Assembly (NCBI GenBank): GCA_964057225.1
Contig: OZ059894.1
Location: 7,006,001 to 7,070,000 of the forward strand
Length of the DNA: 64,000 nt
DNA from: Auanema rhodensis
Taxonomy: Eukaryota; Animalia; Nematoda
Direction: 5' to 3'
Made by a program: the position numbers and the translations under genes. A model generated the notes under the pieces. The model had not been told where the DNA came from, made no database searches, and saw only the letters and a list, made by a program, of their open reading frames with translations. Numbering within the stretch: the stretch's first letter is position 1; each line of letters opens with the position of its first letter. Positions 41,921 to 54,862 of the stretch are shown one piece after another.

Positions 41921-44900
41921 TTAAAACTGGAAATGTTGACCCATTGATTTTCTATATTTAGATATTTCAATTGTATATCTGTTTCGAACAAGCTGAATGA
42001 ATGCCAGCACAGCACAACATATGGATAATGCATTAGAAAAGCAGAGAAAGTATAACCATGCTGTTAAGTTGTCTGTTGTTGCGCAGTAGTTGTCGCTGTT
42101 TGACGTTATGCTATCTGTATCTTCTAACATATTCGTCTGACGTTCATGATCTGAAACAGTTATTAGTTGAGATGATATTTTCAAGTCAGAAAAAGAGCTT
42201 TTTCATTCTTAATTGGAGAACTGTGCTTATGTGCTGGAACTAATGATGATGAGATACTAGCACGAACTCATACATCCTCATTGGACTTTCGGAATAATAG
42301 TTTAACAGCAAAATTAATTAATCAAACAAATAAATATTATTGGACTATATATACGTGAGAATTCAATTTGGAATTTTTTTTGAAAACTTTTCAAAGCTTT
42401 TTGTATTGAATAATTCAAGACAATAAGCAAAAATATTAACTTCAATTTTTGCATTTATTCTTGAGCTACGAAAAATCTTAAAACTTGAGACGAATTTGCA
42501 GAAGAACACAATGGAAATTATGTAGCTTGACTAGAGTAGGCTGTATACGACTGAACGTAATGGGAACAGAAACGTTATGAGCAGTAGTAGTCAAGCTTTT
42601 TTTGTAAAAGTAGGTTTGAGAACCGAGAAAACCTGATGCCGCAGGCAAATTGACTAAATTGTTTGACTTAATTGAGTGGAAGACGGGTGTTTATCAAGCT
42701 GTGAAAACTTTGTCTCAGCCCTCCCATCATGTTTTCTTTAGAGAATCTTAAGAACTAGTATCAAATGTATTAAAGTAATTAAGATAGCAGAAGAAGACGA
42801 TGTATGTATTGAGAAAAAAGAAAAGAAAACCTACCTTCAGGAACAAATAGATCGTTGGAAGAAATGGATATGATACGGCCAGTTGATACATTTTCATTCA
42901 TAGCTGATGGATATGACGATTGACGATGTTGTTCCGATGACGAGAGCAGTCGATGTATTCGCAGAAGTCTCTCTTCTATAGGTACATCATCCGACAAATC
43001 ACGTTTTTGCGGATTTTTTGGACATCTAGGTGGCTGAAATATAATATATTTTTTGTTTTTTTCCCTATATTATTGTTTTAAACAATTTGAACTCACTATG
43101 CTTTTTTGGCAACTTGCGTCATTACGATGACATAAAGCTAATAAACAATTGAAATGAACTCGTTTAGATTTCGAAATTCTGAAAAAAATAGAAAAATAAA
43201 TAGAATACGTATTAAACCTAACCGAAAAGCTTTGGCTGGAGCAGTTGCAATAGCATTATCCAGATCATACTCAGGATGTGGCAAAATGTCTTCATCCATT
43301 GAACATCTGCAAAAAAAATTTGTTTTCCAATTCAATTTGCAATGCTTTGATAGAAATTATGAATACGAGCAGAATATGGTATGCGACCGCTCATCACGTT
43401 CAAAATATTGAAAATAAATTAAAAAAATGTTTAAATATTGTCAAATAAACATGAAATTGAATGAAATAATTTTATATTTGTCATCATCAACTTACCCATC
43501 TTCATCTATGATCATATAAGATTTGTCGATTCCATTATGAACATAACATCGATATATTTTAAATAAATATTCATTGTTAGAACATGACCAACGATGATAA
43601 ACCTATATAGAGAAAAAATATATATAAAATTACCAATTTATTTATTCTGATTTAATATTATAAATTATTATAAATATTTTAAAAGCAAACAAGATCTATT
43701 TTTATTTATGATATATCATATTTAAATATAAAAAAGGGATATATATATATTATATATCTGCAAATGATTATAGTTTGTTCAAATCCATTCGACACAAAAA
43801 AGGAAGTTCAAAAATGATAATTATGTAAATTATTTTTCGATTATCAGGTTTTAAGCATAGTTTTCAAGGGTTTATGGGTTTTAGCATAGCTCTCGAGCCA
43901 TAATCGATGTACTTCTTCGAACATTTTTTTTCATTGAAAGACGCCTTTTTCATTATTTTAAGCCTGAATATCTTTAAAATACACTTCGTATTTGTTTTTC
44001 ATAATTAATTTCTAATGATTACGGAATTTAAGCTTAAAAATCATTATTCGACTCATAAAAAATAATTAGATTATTGAATTTAGCTGAAACCGATAATCGT
44101 TTGCAAGTATATTATATATATATTCTTATATGATATTTATCTTTCCTCATCTAATTCAATTTATAGATTTTACTATACTACACGCATAGATTTACTTGAA
44201 TTTTCTCGAAATATGAACAAACCATATCACCAACACTAGCAGATTGTGTTGTTGGACCAAGTGTTTCATGACTGTGAAGAGAATATTTGCAAACAGGTAA
44301 AGATGAAATGTTCATCACAGGTGACGCATGGAAATCGCTGAAAATTCAGTTTATTATATGATAAATTGAAAACAAAATAAGTGGCCAGATAAATTAAATG
44401 AAATTATTTTACATATTTATTAGGAAAGTAAGATAATTTTTCTTTTTTTTCATCTGTTATATGTGAACAATTGTGACTTACGCGATATCATAATACGCTT
44501 CCACAGTTGTATTTTGCTCATTGTAATGACAAACAACATCAAATATTTTATCTTCTTCTGTCAACTGATCATATGACCAACTAAGAACAATTCTAAGACG
44601 ATATTCCACCGCTGAGTTCTATAAATTACATTTTTTTATAACTTTGTTCCAACTTAGATACAATCTGAATCTATTATGTTGTTAGTGATTACTTACACCT
44701 GCTCTCTCTAACTCTATCTTTCTCCTTATCTCTCTCCCTCTCCCTCTCTCTTTCTGTTGTGTTTAAAGTTTGAAACTGAGGCTCAATATCTTTCATTTAT
44801 CTTTTTCCGTTTCCTTGCCGAAAATTAATGATAGCAATTTGTAGTTACAACTTATATCTCTCTCAAAACGCTTTGTGTCTTTAGTTTGAGAAGTTGGGAA

Positions 44901-45464
44901 TGTTTCAGCCAAAATCTTACCAATCTAACTGTTTCCACTCCACATGGTCCATTAATATCGGTTATGAATAGACTTGGTGTTATCTCCTGTAGTTAAAGAT
45001 TTGATAAGCACGAAGTTAAGTTTTTTATGCAAAAAATGGTGAAGAGGGACTTACTTTGGTTAGGAACTGAATGCATTTGCTATTTTTCTCTTTATGGGAA
45101 GCATATATTCTTCCAGACATTGGACGATTCAAGATGAGACCAATTCGGCCATTTGAACATACAGCACCAATATCAGAATCTAGGATACCTAAATAATAAA
45201 TAATTATTAATATTCTAAGTTAAGCGTACCTTTCTTCAAAAAAGTAGATTTCATAGATGTTTTCATTAGGGCTAACTTTGTTGGTTGTCTTCTTCTGAGT
45301 TGATAGAATCGAGCTTGTGTCAAAATATTCGGAGTTAATTTTATCAAATCATTTTGCTCTATGTTATTCTATAACAAATTTTAAATATTTCTTTGTTGAT
45401 ACTGATGTCAAACCTGAGCTGAAAGCTTAACTAATAGAATAAGAATTGTAGTAAAGTAAATCAT
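41921..45464 (-). CDS. Cuticlin-like ZP-domain transmembrane protein (cutl family)
   Basis: Spliced model: signal MIYFTTILILLVKLSA; ZP-N (AVCSNGRI..GRIYA..KC..GPCGV..DKIFDVVCHY); ZP-C (PVCKYSLH..VGDMVYHRWSC..IYRCYV..IIDEDGCSMDEDILPHPEY..AKAFRI..VHFNCLLALC..C..PPRC); furin site RKKR; TM (WLYFLCFSNALSICCAVLAFI); short tail ending GQHFQF*. Confidence 0.88.
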
Positions 45465-47707
45465 TATGTTCAATCTTCGAACTCAAATACTCATAGCCTT
45501 ATTGAATTTTTAATAACTGTAAAAGTTATAGATCATTTCTCATAATATTGACTAAAATATAAGTTGAAGAAGAAGAAACATAAATGGATTTTCAAGGGGA
45601 AATTTATATATGTGTTGTATGAAAACAGAGCTTTAATTAATTATACTTATATTTCCTGATTACTGATTTGTTTTTGATCACATATTCTGGAATTTTAATT
45701 ATTTTTCCGACTTAATTTTTTGAAGAATTTAACTTTTTATTTTCTTCTGCGTCACAAGAACTAAAACTTTTCTGGGGAGGTTGCTAAGGAAACGATAGAA
45801 AGTTTACAAAATATAATTTTCTCATAATATTTAACGATACCCATTGGGCGAAAATGGAGGAGCAACATATTCTAAAGGGGTTTTCAAGGATATTTTATGT
45901 TTAAAAATATTTGTACATGAAGAAACAAATGAATTGTGTCTAGAATGTGAAGCGTGCAATTTTAGGCAACACGTGCATATGAATGTGAGATCAGGAGAGA
46001 GACTTAACGCTGACTGAATTAGTGGACAACGTCCAGATGATGTTTGGCCCAAACGGTCAAAAGTTATTGGAATGATTGAGACAGAGTAGTTAAGCCTATG
46101 ACTTCTGGATGTAAACTTCACAATGTCATGGAAACAGTAAATTCACCCAAAAGAGAAAAGGGGCAAAGATTAATTGTATTGGAAATAGAAATTAACATAG
46201 TTGGCATAAATGAAAGGAGCATTTTTCTCGAATGAAGAACAAATTGTCGGTGGATAGTCAAAAAAGGATAGATTCATAAGATATGGTTAAGATTATCTCG
46301 TTCATTCGTAGCATACGAGTTGTTCTTTAAGGACAGGAGTCAAGTAGTATGACCAGAGAAGTACTATCTCTATGCATGATTGAGAGTCTTCATTGTAACA
46401 GAAAATGACGAGAGTGAGACCTGGTGGTATGTTCTTCGATATTCAACAAGTGAATATGACAAGTGATCAGAATGAAACGTGGTAGAAGAAGTAGGGGAAA
46501 ACGCCTCACCGTACTAATGTTGAAGGAGGAAAAACGTTCCATATACACAGACAGAACTAAATGTGTTCATATCGGGAAAATAATAAGAATTTCAGGAAAA
46601 AAGGGCAAGAAAAGTCTTTTCTCAATCACACATGAACCACCAATTTCGTGCAACGTCCTCAATTTCCTCTTTCCTCACTGATTAGGCAGGTGTCAGTTTT
46701 AACAAAACAAATACAGGTCAAACACAAGTTCAGATTGCAAGAGAAAAATGTTCCTCACACGTCTCTGATATGAGAAAAAACGTTGACGATATGAATATTC
46801 TTTAACTATTCTTAGTTTAGCGAAAGTATTCAGATTGAAAACTTGACGATGGTACCAAATCTACAAATGTGGTGGTCAGTCGTCAGGTGATTTGTGCTTT
46901 TTTTGTACAAGAAATAACAGATCTGAACGATTTCGGAGTCCGTGCGCTATTTTGAATAATAGCTTCTACACTTTTTTTCTCTTTTTTTATCCGAAATCTG
47001 TACCATTTGGGGGCTATTCGAATTGCTTCTATTCTATTGTTGTGACGGTCAGTTAGTATAAGTTTGAAGTAAAAACTATATTTGCCTCTGAAGGATAGCT
47101 AAATGGAACAGTACTCATGCAAACGATACAGATTTGTAGTTGAAATGACCTTAAAACTAAGTAAAATCTTATATATGTTCTTTTATTTTCATAAAAATAA
47201 TTAATTATAAATGATTAACTATATTATAATATATTTATTTATTTATAATAATTTATAAGAAGAATGTATTAAAAATATATATAGTATCTATTACCAAAAT
47301 ATTTTTCATTATATAAATTAATATATTAATATTATATTATAAGATAATTGGTATAATATATACTTGTTCTGATTGTATTGGCCTTGATTTTTAAAAATAA
47401 GATATACTTATTTATACATATGTGTATGTATTAAAGTACTTGATATCTTATCTAAATATTATAACAATACTATTTGTTTTTTGATTATTTTAGTACATTT
47501 GTTCCTAAAAAAAACGTTATGACAAATAGGAAAGTGCAACCGCTCATTTCTTCTGAACAACTAAAAAGGGAAAGTGGTGGCTTGTTACTGTTCACTTGAT
47601 TTATGTGAATTACACGTATCTCACGTAAACACAATATTCTATTTTTGAAACAATACCATCATTTGTTCATATAATTGACAATAAATAACTACAGTAAAAA
47701 GGAAAGC

Positions 47708-48736
47708 TTAAAGAAGTGTATGTGTTTGATTCAAAAAATAAAGAAGCATTGCAATAGCCTAAAATGAATAAGAGCTAATAGAAACATTTTTTTGAATGCT
47801 AATAGTAGAAATAATTGAAAGGCGTGTCACTTCAAGGCAGGATCGAGTAACGGATCCTGAACAGTTCATCCAACTAGTTACAGATGCTATGTATATGTCT
47901 CGAAATGTTTCCAAATCTTGGTCAAGTACGCTTAGTAAATGCTGTAAAGGTAAACAATAAAACTTGTAATAGAATGAATAGTGAGTATTGACCATAAAAT
48001 ATTTCATCTTCATGTATTATCTTATAATTTATTATATATGATATCTTATTTCTCACAATAAGTAATAAAGTTCAGTTAAACTTAAATAGTTTGCAACCAT
48101 TTACATCACTCCTTGAATTGAGATCAATGGTATTCATCAATTTGAATCCTTTCAATGAAGAGAATTAAAATTTGCAGAAAATTGCAATAATGTACATCTT
48201 AACCGCGTCGCATTTGGAGGATGATGATAACATTGTTAGCAAACCAGTTTATTTTTTGAAGTTGATGGCAGCAACATAAAAGGACAAAAGTGTAGTCAGT
48301 TTGCTCGCGTCCTACCCTCTCTCTCTCTTTTCATCCGAAAAGTTGCTGTTGATTTCTCTTACTCAAAAATTCCAACAAACCATGTTTCTTTGCATCTTCA
48401 CTTAACCAAATAATATCTAAGTCTTCTGATATGAAAACATTTAAACTCTTTTCACTACTTCTGAAAACGTGTAAATGTGCCGCTTATAATTTCGTGGAAA
48501 ACACATATCTTTATAACTTTTCAGAGATCAAAAAATCAAAATACTTCATACTTCTGTTTATCAACACTCAAATATTCCATTTTGATATATTCTTTATAAG
48601 ATCTATGTTCACTTCTTAGGAATGTATATACCTATCTATTATTTAGTCAATACGTTTTATGAACAAACCAAATGACTCCGTCGGTTTTCTTAGATAGATG
48701 TTTGGCAGTTTTCCTTCTTGTTCGATCAATAGCCAT
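47708..48736 (-). CDS. Hypothetical multi-exon protein, divergent from mdh-1 (5' end uncertain)
   Basis: Phase-compatible exons with GT..AG introns give ..SLNVFISEDLDIIWLSEDAKKHGREQTDYTFVLLCCCHQLQKINWFANNVIILQMRRGFKLMNTIDLNSRSDHLLSVLDQDLETFRDIYIASVTSWMNCSGSVTRSCLEAIAMLLYFLNQTHTLL*. The start codon is not securely placed. Confidence 0.55.
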
Positions 48737-49530
48737 TTGATTTTGTGCGCCAAGTGTGAACTAGCTAATGTTGATTATTCAGGTGATCACGAATATCACT
48801 ATCACAGCTTTTTCCCAAAGATCATACAATGATTATTGTGTCAAGTAGGCTATAAACTATAAATGGGTAGATATGTTGTTCATATTTTCGATTCTGCGTC
48901 TCTATCGTGTTCGAGATAGGCAGAACAGCATGTGCCATTCGAATATTACACCCTGCGAGGTCACTCCTCAATCACACAATCTTTTTTGAAATGATCTTTC
49001 TATTCCTTCTAGTCTGCTGCTCAGAAAAAGCAGATTTCTAATCACTATTGGTGCTGCAAAAGACGGGGCCCCAGTAGTTTCCCCATTTGCCGCTTAAAGA
49101 AATTTGAATTGCTGGGCTTTCTGCTTGCATTCAACCTCGGGCCACGTTCGCCGAAAAGTGTTTGTCTAGCTTGTTTTTGAAATTGATTTTTTCAATTCTC
49201 TGTCATGTTCTCCTCAGAGTGTTTAGATTATAATCTTTATTTCGTCGTTTAATTAAAGACAATTTAAAACTACTTGAACAAGAGTTCGTTTTTTTTTGCA
49301 TGTGTGGCAATTTGATGTGTTGATTCTCCATACTGTTTAGTCGGGAATGCTAATACGTGCTAGAGTGTACCCGTTGTCTATCGATCTGTTTGGTTTTTTT
49401 TGATAAGGCACTTCAATAACAATCAAAATTATGTTGGTGACTGACCAGATTTTATTGTTTCTCTCGCTCATTCTCTTTTGCTCAGTATTTTGAATATTTG
49501 GTGCAATTAACGCTCTGTTTTGTTTAAGTC

Positions 49531-50950
49531 ATGTCTGCTCCTCTTCGTGTTTTGGTTACTGGCGCTGCTGGACAAATTGGATACTCTTTAGTCCTTCAAA
49601 TTGCTAAGGGAGAAGTTTTTGGAAAGGTTTACCTTTATTCAAGCGTGATAGAAAATTAAATAATTATTGAAGGATACCCCACTCACTCTTGTTCTTCTTG
49701 ATCTCCCACAATTCGCCCCTTCCCTTGAAGGAGTTGTTTTCGAGCTCCAAGATTGCGCTTTCAAGACCCTTCATGGTAATTTTTGTGTGAAATTTCTAGT
49801 TTCAATCTTCCTCTTTTTTCAGGAGTAGAGGCCGTCACTGATGTTAAGGATGCTTTCACCGGCATCGACTATGCTTTCCTTGTTGGAGGTTTTTCCTTTA
49901 ATTAAACGATCCATTAAAAATTTTTTAATTTTTTAGCTATGCCACGTAAGGAAGGTATGGAACGCAAAGACCTTCTTGCCGCTAACGTAAGAATTTTCAA
50001 GAGTCAAGGAATGGCTCTTGCTGAGTTCGCCAAGCCAACCACTAAGGTTTCAATTCTTACATTATATGAAAATCTAAATGACCTGAGTTTAGGTCATTGT
50101 TGTTGGAAACCCAGCTAACACCAATGCTTACATTTGTGCCAAGTATGCCGCCGGAAAAGTTCCAGCTCGCAACTTCTCTGCAATGACTCGTCTTGATCAT
50201 AACCGTGCCAAGGGACAAATTGCCCTCAAAGCCCAAGTTCCAGTCGGAAATGTTAAGAACGTTATCATCTGGGGTAACCACTCTAGCACCCAATTCCCTG
50301 ATGTTAAGCACGCTAAGGTCATTAAGGGTTAGTACGTCATCAGTATATAGCATATTAGAAATTTAAATTTAGGAGGAAGCGAAATTGATGCTTACGCCGC
50401 TGTCAACGATGCTGCTTTCTTGAAGGGAGACTTCATCTCTGTAAGATTCATTCTGGAAATTTTTATAAGAATTTTGTTTAGATTGTCCAAAAGCGTGGAG
50501 CTGCTATCATCGAGAGAAGAAAGCTCTCTTCTGCTATGTCTGCTGCTAAGGCTGCTTGTGATCACATGCATGACTGGCACTTCGGAACTCAACCTGTATG
50601 TTATCATATTAAATGAAGTTTTAATTCGAATAATGTTTTAGGGAGAGTGGGTTTCCATGGCTGTTCCATCCGACGGAAGCTACGGAATTCCAGAGGGACT
50701 TATGTTCTCTTTCCCAGTCACCATCGATGCTAATAAAGTAAGTTGTACATGACCTGTAACTAATAGTAAGAAATTGTTTCAGGAATGGAAGATTGTCCAA
50801 GGACTTGAACTCGATGACTTCGCTAAGGAAAAGATTGCCCTCACCACCAAGGTGACCCATTCATATGTTATTTACCAATTATTTTTCTTTCAGGAACTCC
50901 AAGAGGAAAGAGACGATGCCCTCAAGGCTTGCGATGGAGCCAACATGTAA
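49531..50950 (+). CDS. mdh-1: Cytosolic malate dehydrogenase (MDH1), 10 exons
   Basis: [76 protein letters not shown]; ends ACDGANM* at 50948-50950. Confidence 0.97.
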
Positions 50951-51621
50951 AGTGTTTATAATATTCTAGTATTGTAACTTGTTCTTGTACCCTTCTCGTT
51001 GTCTTAATCATCGGTTCTCCGGGTTAGATGTTCTGCTTGTAACTTTTTAGATGTTTTATCATATCGTAAGAATTTTATATATAAATAATTAGTTTGGTCT
51101 TTGTGTAAATAACTTGTATAAACTGCGTATTGCGAAAAGTTCTATCTTACAGGAGCTTCAGTTATTTTATTGAAGTATAAATCATATTCCTGATCACTGA
51201 CTATTCCTTCATTTTTCTTATTATAGTACTACGTTTCAATATTATTAAGGAAATTGCCTCTGCTATATTATTGATGAAATACGTATCTTGAAAGAAATAT
51301 CGAAAGCATTTTAAGTCTGACCTGTATGTGAGCTACATTCTGTATGAATTTCGCACGACCAGAAATCGGCCTTTTTTGGACTGAAATCCCGTTTTTTTTT
51401 CTAGTCATGTTTCTTTTTCGTCTCTCAACCAGTCTCATATTCCTCAATTCCTAGGTTTTACAAATCTTGAATGACTGTGTTTGATGTCACTATTCGGTTA
51501 TCCACCTTTCTAATATATATACAAATGCGTTTCAATTTTCTCAATATAAGCATGTATTCAAGAAAGAGCTTTATTATCATGGGAAAATACCATTTCCATG
51601 ATATTATCATCTGAGGAGAAT

Positions 51622-51956
51622 GGCCTTGTGCTCCGATTTGTTGTCGGCACATGAGCGTGCTCACGACCCAAAAGGAAGATTTTACATTAGATTGAGCCTG
51701 ATGGGGACGCGTCCCAATCTTGCACGTTGATTAAGATAAATCAGAGGGTACCATTCTATATGGCCGACTGATGTTTGATGACCTGAACGTAGGTACGACG
51801 GTGGTACAAGACGGATATATCGATATTTGAAGTATCCCATTCATCGTTTTCATTAATTTTTCTTGGCCGAGGTTGTCCCCATTTGTCCGATGTCCCCAAT
51901 ATCGTTCGTGGCTTGCCGGCTAGGACCTAGCTGAGTCGCATATTCTTTGCAAGGCC
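51622..51956 (+). ncRNA. Candidate structured RNA or structured non-coding exon between mdh-1 and dpy-11
   Basis: Closing helix GGCCTTG/CAAGGCC with many internal helices and no long ORF. A GTAAGG donor follows at 52018. Confidence 0.35.
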
Positions 51957-52281
51957 TATTTCATTTTTTCCAAACTTCCTTTTTCGTCTAACGATCATTT
52001 GATTGTCTTCGTTTTTGGTAAGGATTAGAGAGAAAGAGAGAGAGATAGAGAGAGAGAGAGAGATAGAGATAGATAGATAGAGGTGGTTGACACTATAAAC
52101 GGATATAACGAGAGAAAGGTAAAATACTAAGAATTGAAATATGATTATATAAAGAGAAAGGGAGAGATAAACAATCTATCTACGCATTTGATTTCAGAAT
52201 AATGAAATATAGGTAAAGTTAAAGAGGTAACGAACTTCCTTGACATTTCACATATTTTTCAGACGAAGATTAATCAAGGAC

Positions 52282-52473
52282 ATGCAGATTAGTTTTCAAC
52301 TCCTCCTACTATCCTGTTCATTTGCTTTCGTTCTAATTCATTCCTTACTTATCACTGGTCTTGAAGTTAGTGCGTATGTGCTTCCTCATCACTGTGCTGA
52401 TGAGTATCCAGGATCTGGGCAAGGGGTCAACCTTGACCCGCATCGGCTCTGCCCCTCTCGTGCCTACAATTGA
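52282..52473 (+). CDS. Putative 63-aa secreted peptide with two cysteines
   Basis: TTTTCAG acceptor at 52262, then MQISFQLLLLSCSFAFVLIHSLLITGLEVSA (signal-like, ending V-S-A) plus YVLPHHCADEYPGSGQGVNLDPHRLCPSRAYN*. No homologue recognised. Confidence 0.5.
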   Translation: MQISFQLLLLSCSFAFVLIHSLLITGLEVSAYVLPHHCADEYPGSGQGVNLDPHRLCPSRAYN

Positions 52474-53051
52474 CGGACACACGGAACATCAGTGAAGATG
52501 ATGGCCGTTGGTTCCTCTTCTTCTTTATTCCTATTACCTGTCACACTTTGGATCTTGTTTTGCAGTTCGATAGATCTTTTATATTGGAAGACCAGTACTC
52601 ATTATATTAATTGTACCGACTATTCAATATAGAGATTTACCTTCAGAAACTCCAGGATCATTATTCTTTTTTCAGATACTTCTTTTGCCTTTCTCTTAAG
52701 TATTTGCCGTTACACTTTTTTGATATTATACTTTTCGCTCCTTATCTTTTAGTTTTTACCCTCTCCTATTTCTTATTCCCTCAGCTTGTCTCTTCACAAT
52801 TTCTCGCATTTTCGTTCTCCAAGCAAGTTCAGACACTATTCACACCGTCCTTGTCGGCCGTTAGACGACGTGTCATTATGCCTGTTGCTGGCTTGTTGAC
52901 CAGTTGCTTGACCATTTCATCCATGTTGAGACCTGGATATCCGTTCCCCATTGATTCATCACATCATCCTACATTTTTCTTTTGAACTGTATTGAGATTG
53001 ACTACATTTCTTTCGTTTTTCAAAAATATTTACAAATCTATGTTTTAGGTA

Positions 53052-54531
53052 ATGCGGCTTCTTCCTTTGGTTTTCGCCTTAATCTGTACTGTCTCAGCTG
53101 CTGGGAAATCTTCCCGAGCTTTGATTTCGCTCAATGAAGACAATTGGACCGAAATCATGAAGGGAGAGTGGATGGTTGAATTGTGAGTTGGATGTTTTCT
53201 TGTTTCTAGCGTTCCTAGACACATTGCGGGTTGACCTTAAAAAGCAAATTCTTCCCTTCTCTTCTTTCTTCAGCATAGCAAAATGATTCTTATGTTAACT
53301 TATGTGATTCTGTTTGTTTACCAGTCGGAATTTCGGAATCATAAAGTCCCAGTTTATCTAGTTAAGAGATTTTTATCGACCATGTAGCCAATATAGTCGT
53401 TTATATAGTTTAGCCTGTGAACAGTTTTTTCTCCAACTGTCATATAGAACTTTGAGAGATAGTGATCGACGATTTACTGCGTTAAATGAAAATGTGGTTA
53501 AGTGAAACAGTTTTTTTTTGCATCAGAATCCAATTTCAAGTTCTCTATTTGCCTTCATATTTCATATAGTTTCTTATTTTCTGTTTATAGCCATGCTCCC
53601 TGGTGCCCAGCTTGCAAGGATCTTCAAAAGGCTTGGAACGCTTTCGCTGACTGGTCTGAGGATCTCAACATTAAGGTTGGTAACAGATCATTTCATTAGA
53701 AGTTCTTTGATGCCCAGTAGATGGAATGACGATACGAGCTTAAATGCTTGCCGACCGATTGTAATCTTCTCTTCTTCCAGGTTGGAGAAGTTGATGTTAC
53801 TATAAATCCAGGACTTTCTGGACGCTTCTTGGTTACTGCTCTCCCCACTATCTATCAGTAAGATATATCAATTGGTTCTGTTTAATTATAAGCCTTATTT
53901 TAGTGTAAAGGATGGAGTTTTCCGTGTCTACACCGGATCCCGTGATAAGAATGACTTCATCTCCTTTGTTGAAGACAGAAAGTGGAGAGCCATTGATGCT
54001 GTTCCTGATTACAAACACCCCAACAGCAAGCAGTAAGTTATAATTGTTTTTGGGCAGTGAAGTTAATTTTAATTAATTTTAAGAATGGCTGTTGTTGCTG
54101 TCTTTTTCAAGCTCTCTATGGCTGTTCGTGATCTCCATAACCATCTGGTCGAAGACCGCGGAGTCCCATCCTGGGCTTCTTATTCTCTTTTCGCTGGAGT
54201 CACTCTCGCTCTTGGGTGCATTTTAGGCTTTGTACGTTCATTTCTAATTTTGAAAGTTGATTTACGTTTCTTGTTTTAGTTCATTGTTCTCATCATTGAC
54301 CAAGTTTTCCCAACTGGCAAACGTGTAGCCCAACCAAAGAAGGATGCTAAGAACGGAACTGCCAAGAAAGGTACGGTTTATTTGAATTATGTCTCGATTA
54401 ATACATTTTTTCGATACAAATAATTGTATTTATATTTTGTTTTTTCAGAGCAAAATGGAGACGCAAAAAAGAAGGACACCGCTGCCTCCAAGGAGAAATC
54501 TCCCAAGGCTGAAAACAAGAAGACGAAGTAA
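53052..54531 (+). CDS. dpy-11: Transmembrane thioredoxin TMX1-like protein DPY-11, 7 exons
   Basis: Signal peptide, EWMVEFHAPWCPAC active site, GLSGRFLVTALPTIYH, TM (LFAGVTLALGCILGFFIVLII) and a lysine-rich tail ending KKTK* (ER-retrieval KKxx). Confidence 0.95.
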
Positions 54532-54862
54532 ACCCCTACCGACCAATATAGATCTCGAAATATTATGATTTTTTTATCACATTGGGTTCCGTTTTGGAGG
54601 TAGAGTGCTCTCCCACGAACATAATTTATTTTCGTCTGTGTTTATTATCTGTTGATTTTTCTTGATTCCTTGTTAGTCGCTTAAACATTTCAGATGCAAA
54701 CGTGGAAGAGATCCAGAGTTTATTGATAATTGATAATTATTTGCTCACGTTGTGTTGTAAATGTATTCCATAAATATTCAAATAATTAGTTCATTAAGTA
54801 TAAAAACAAATAGCAGGAGAGAATAGTGAAGAAATTGAGAAAAGAGAAAAAACTGTTTGGTA

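Noticed and set aside
41921-42184. C-terminal TM exon as a KASH protein (unc-83-like)
   Set aside because: No PPPx terminus; it splices in frame to the ZP-domain exons.
51697-51720. CTGATG plus short stem resembling a hammerhead ribozyme core
   Set aside because: Lacks CTGAnGA and the GAAA core.
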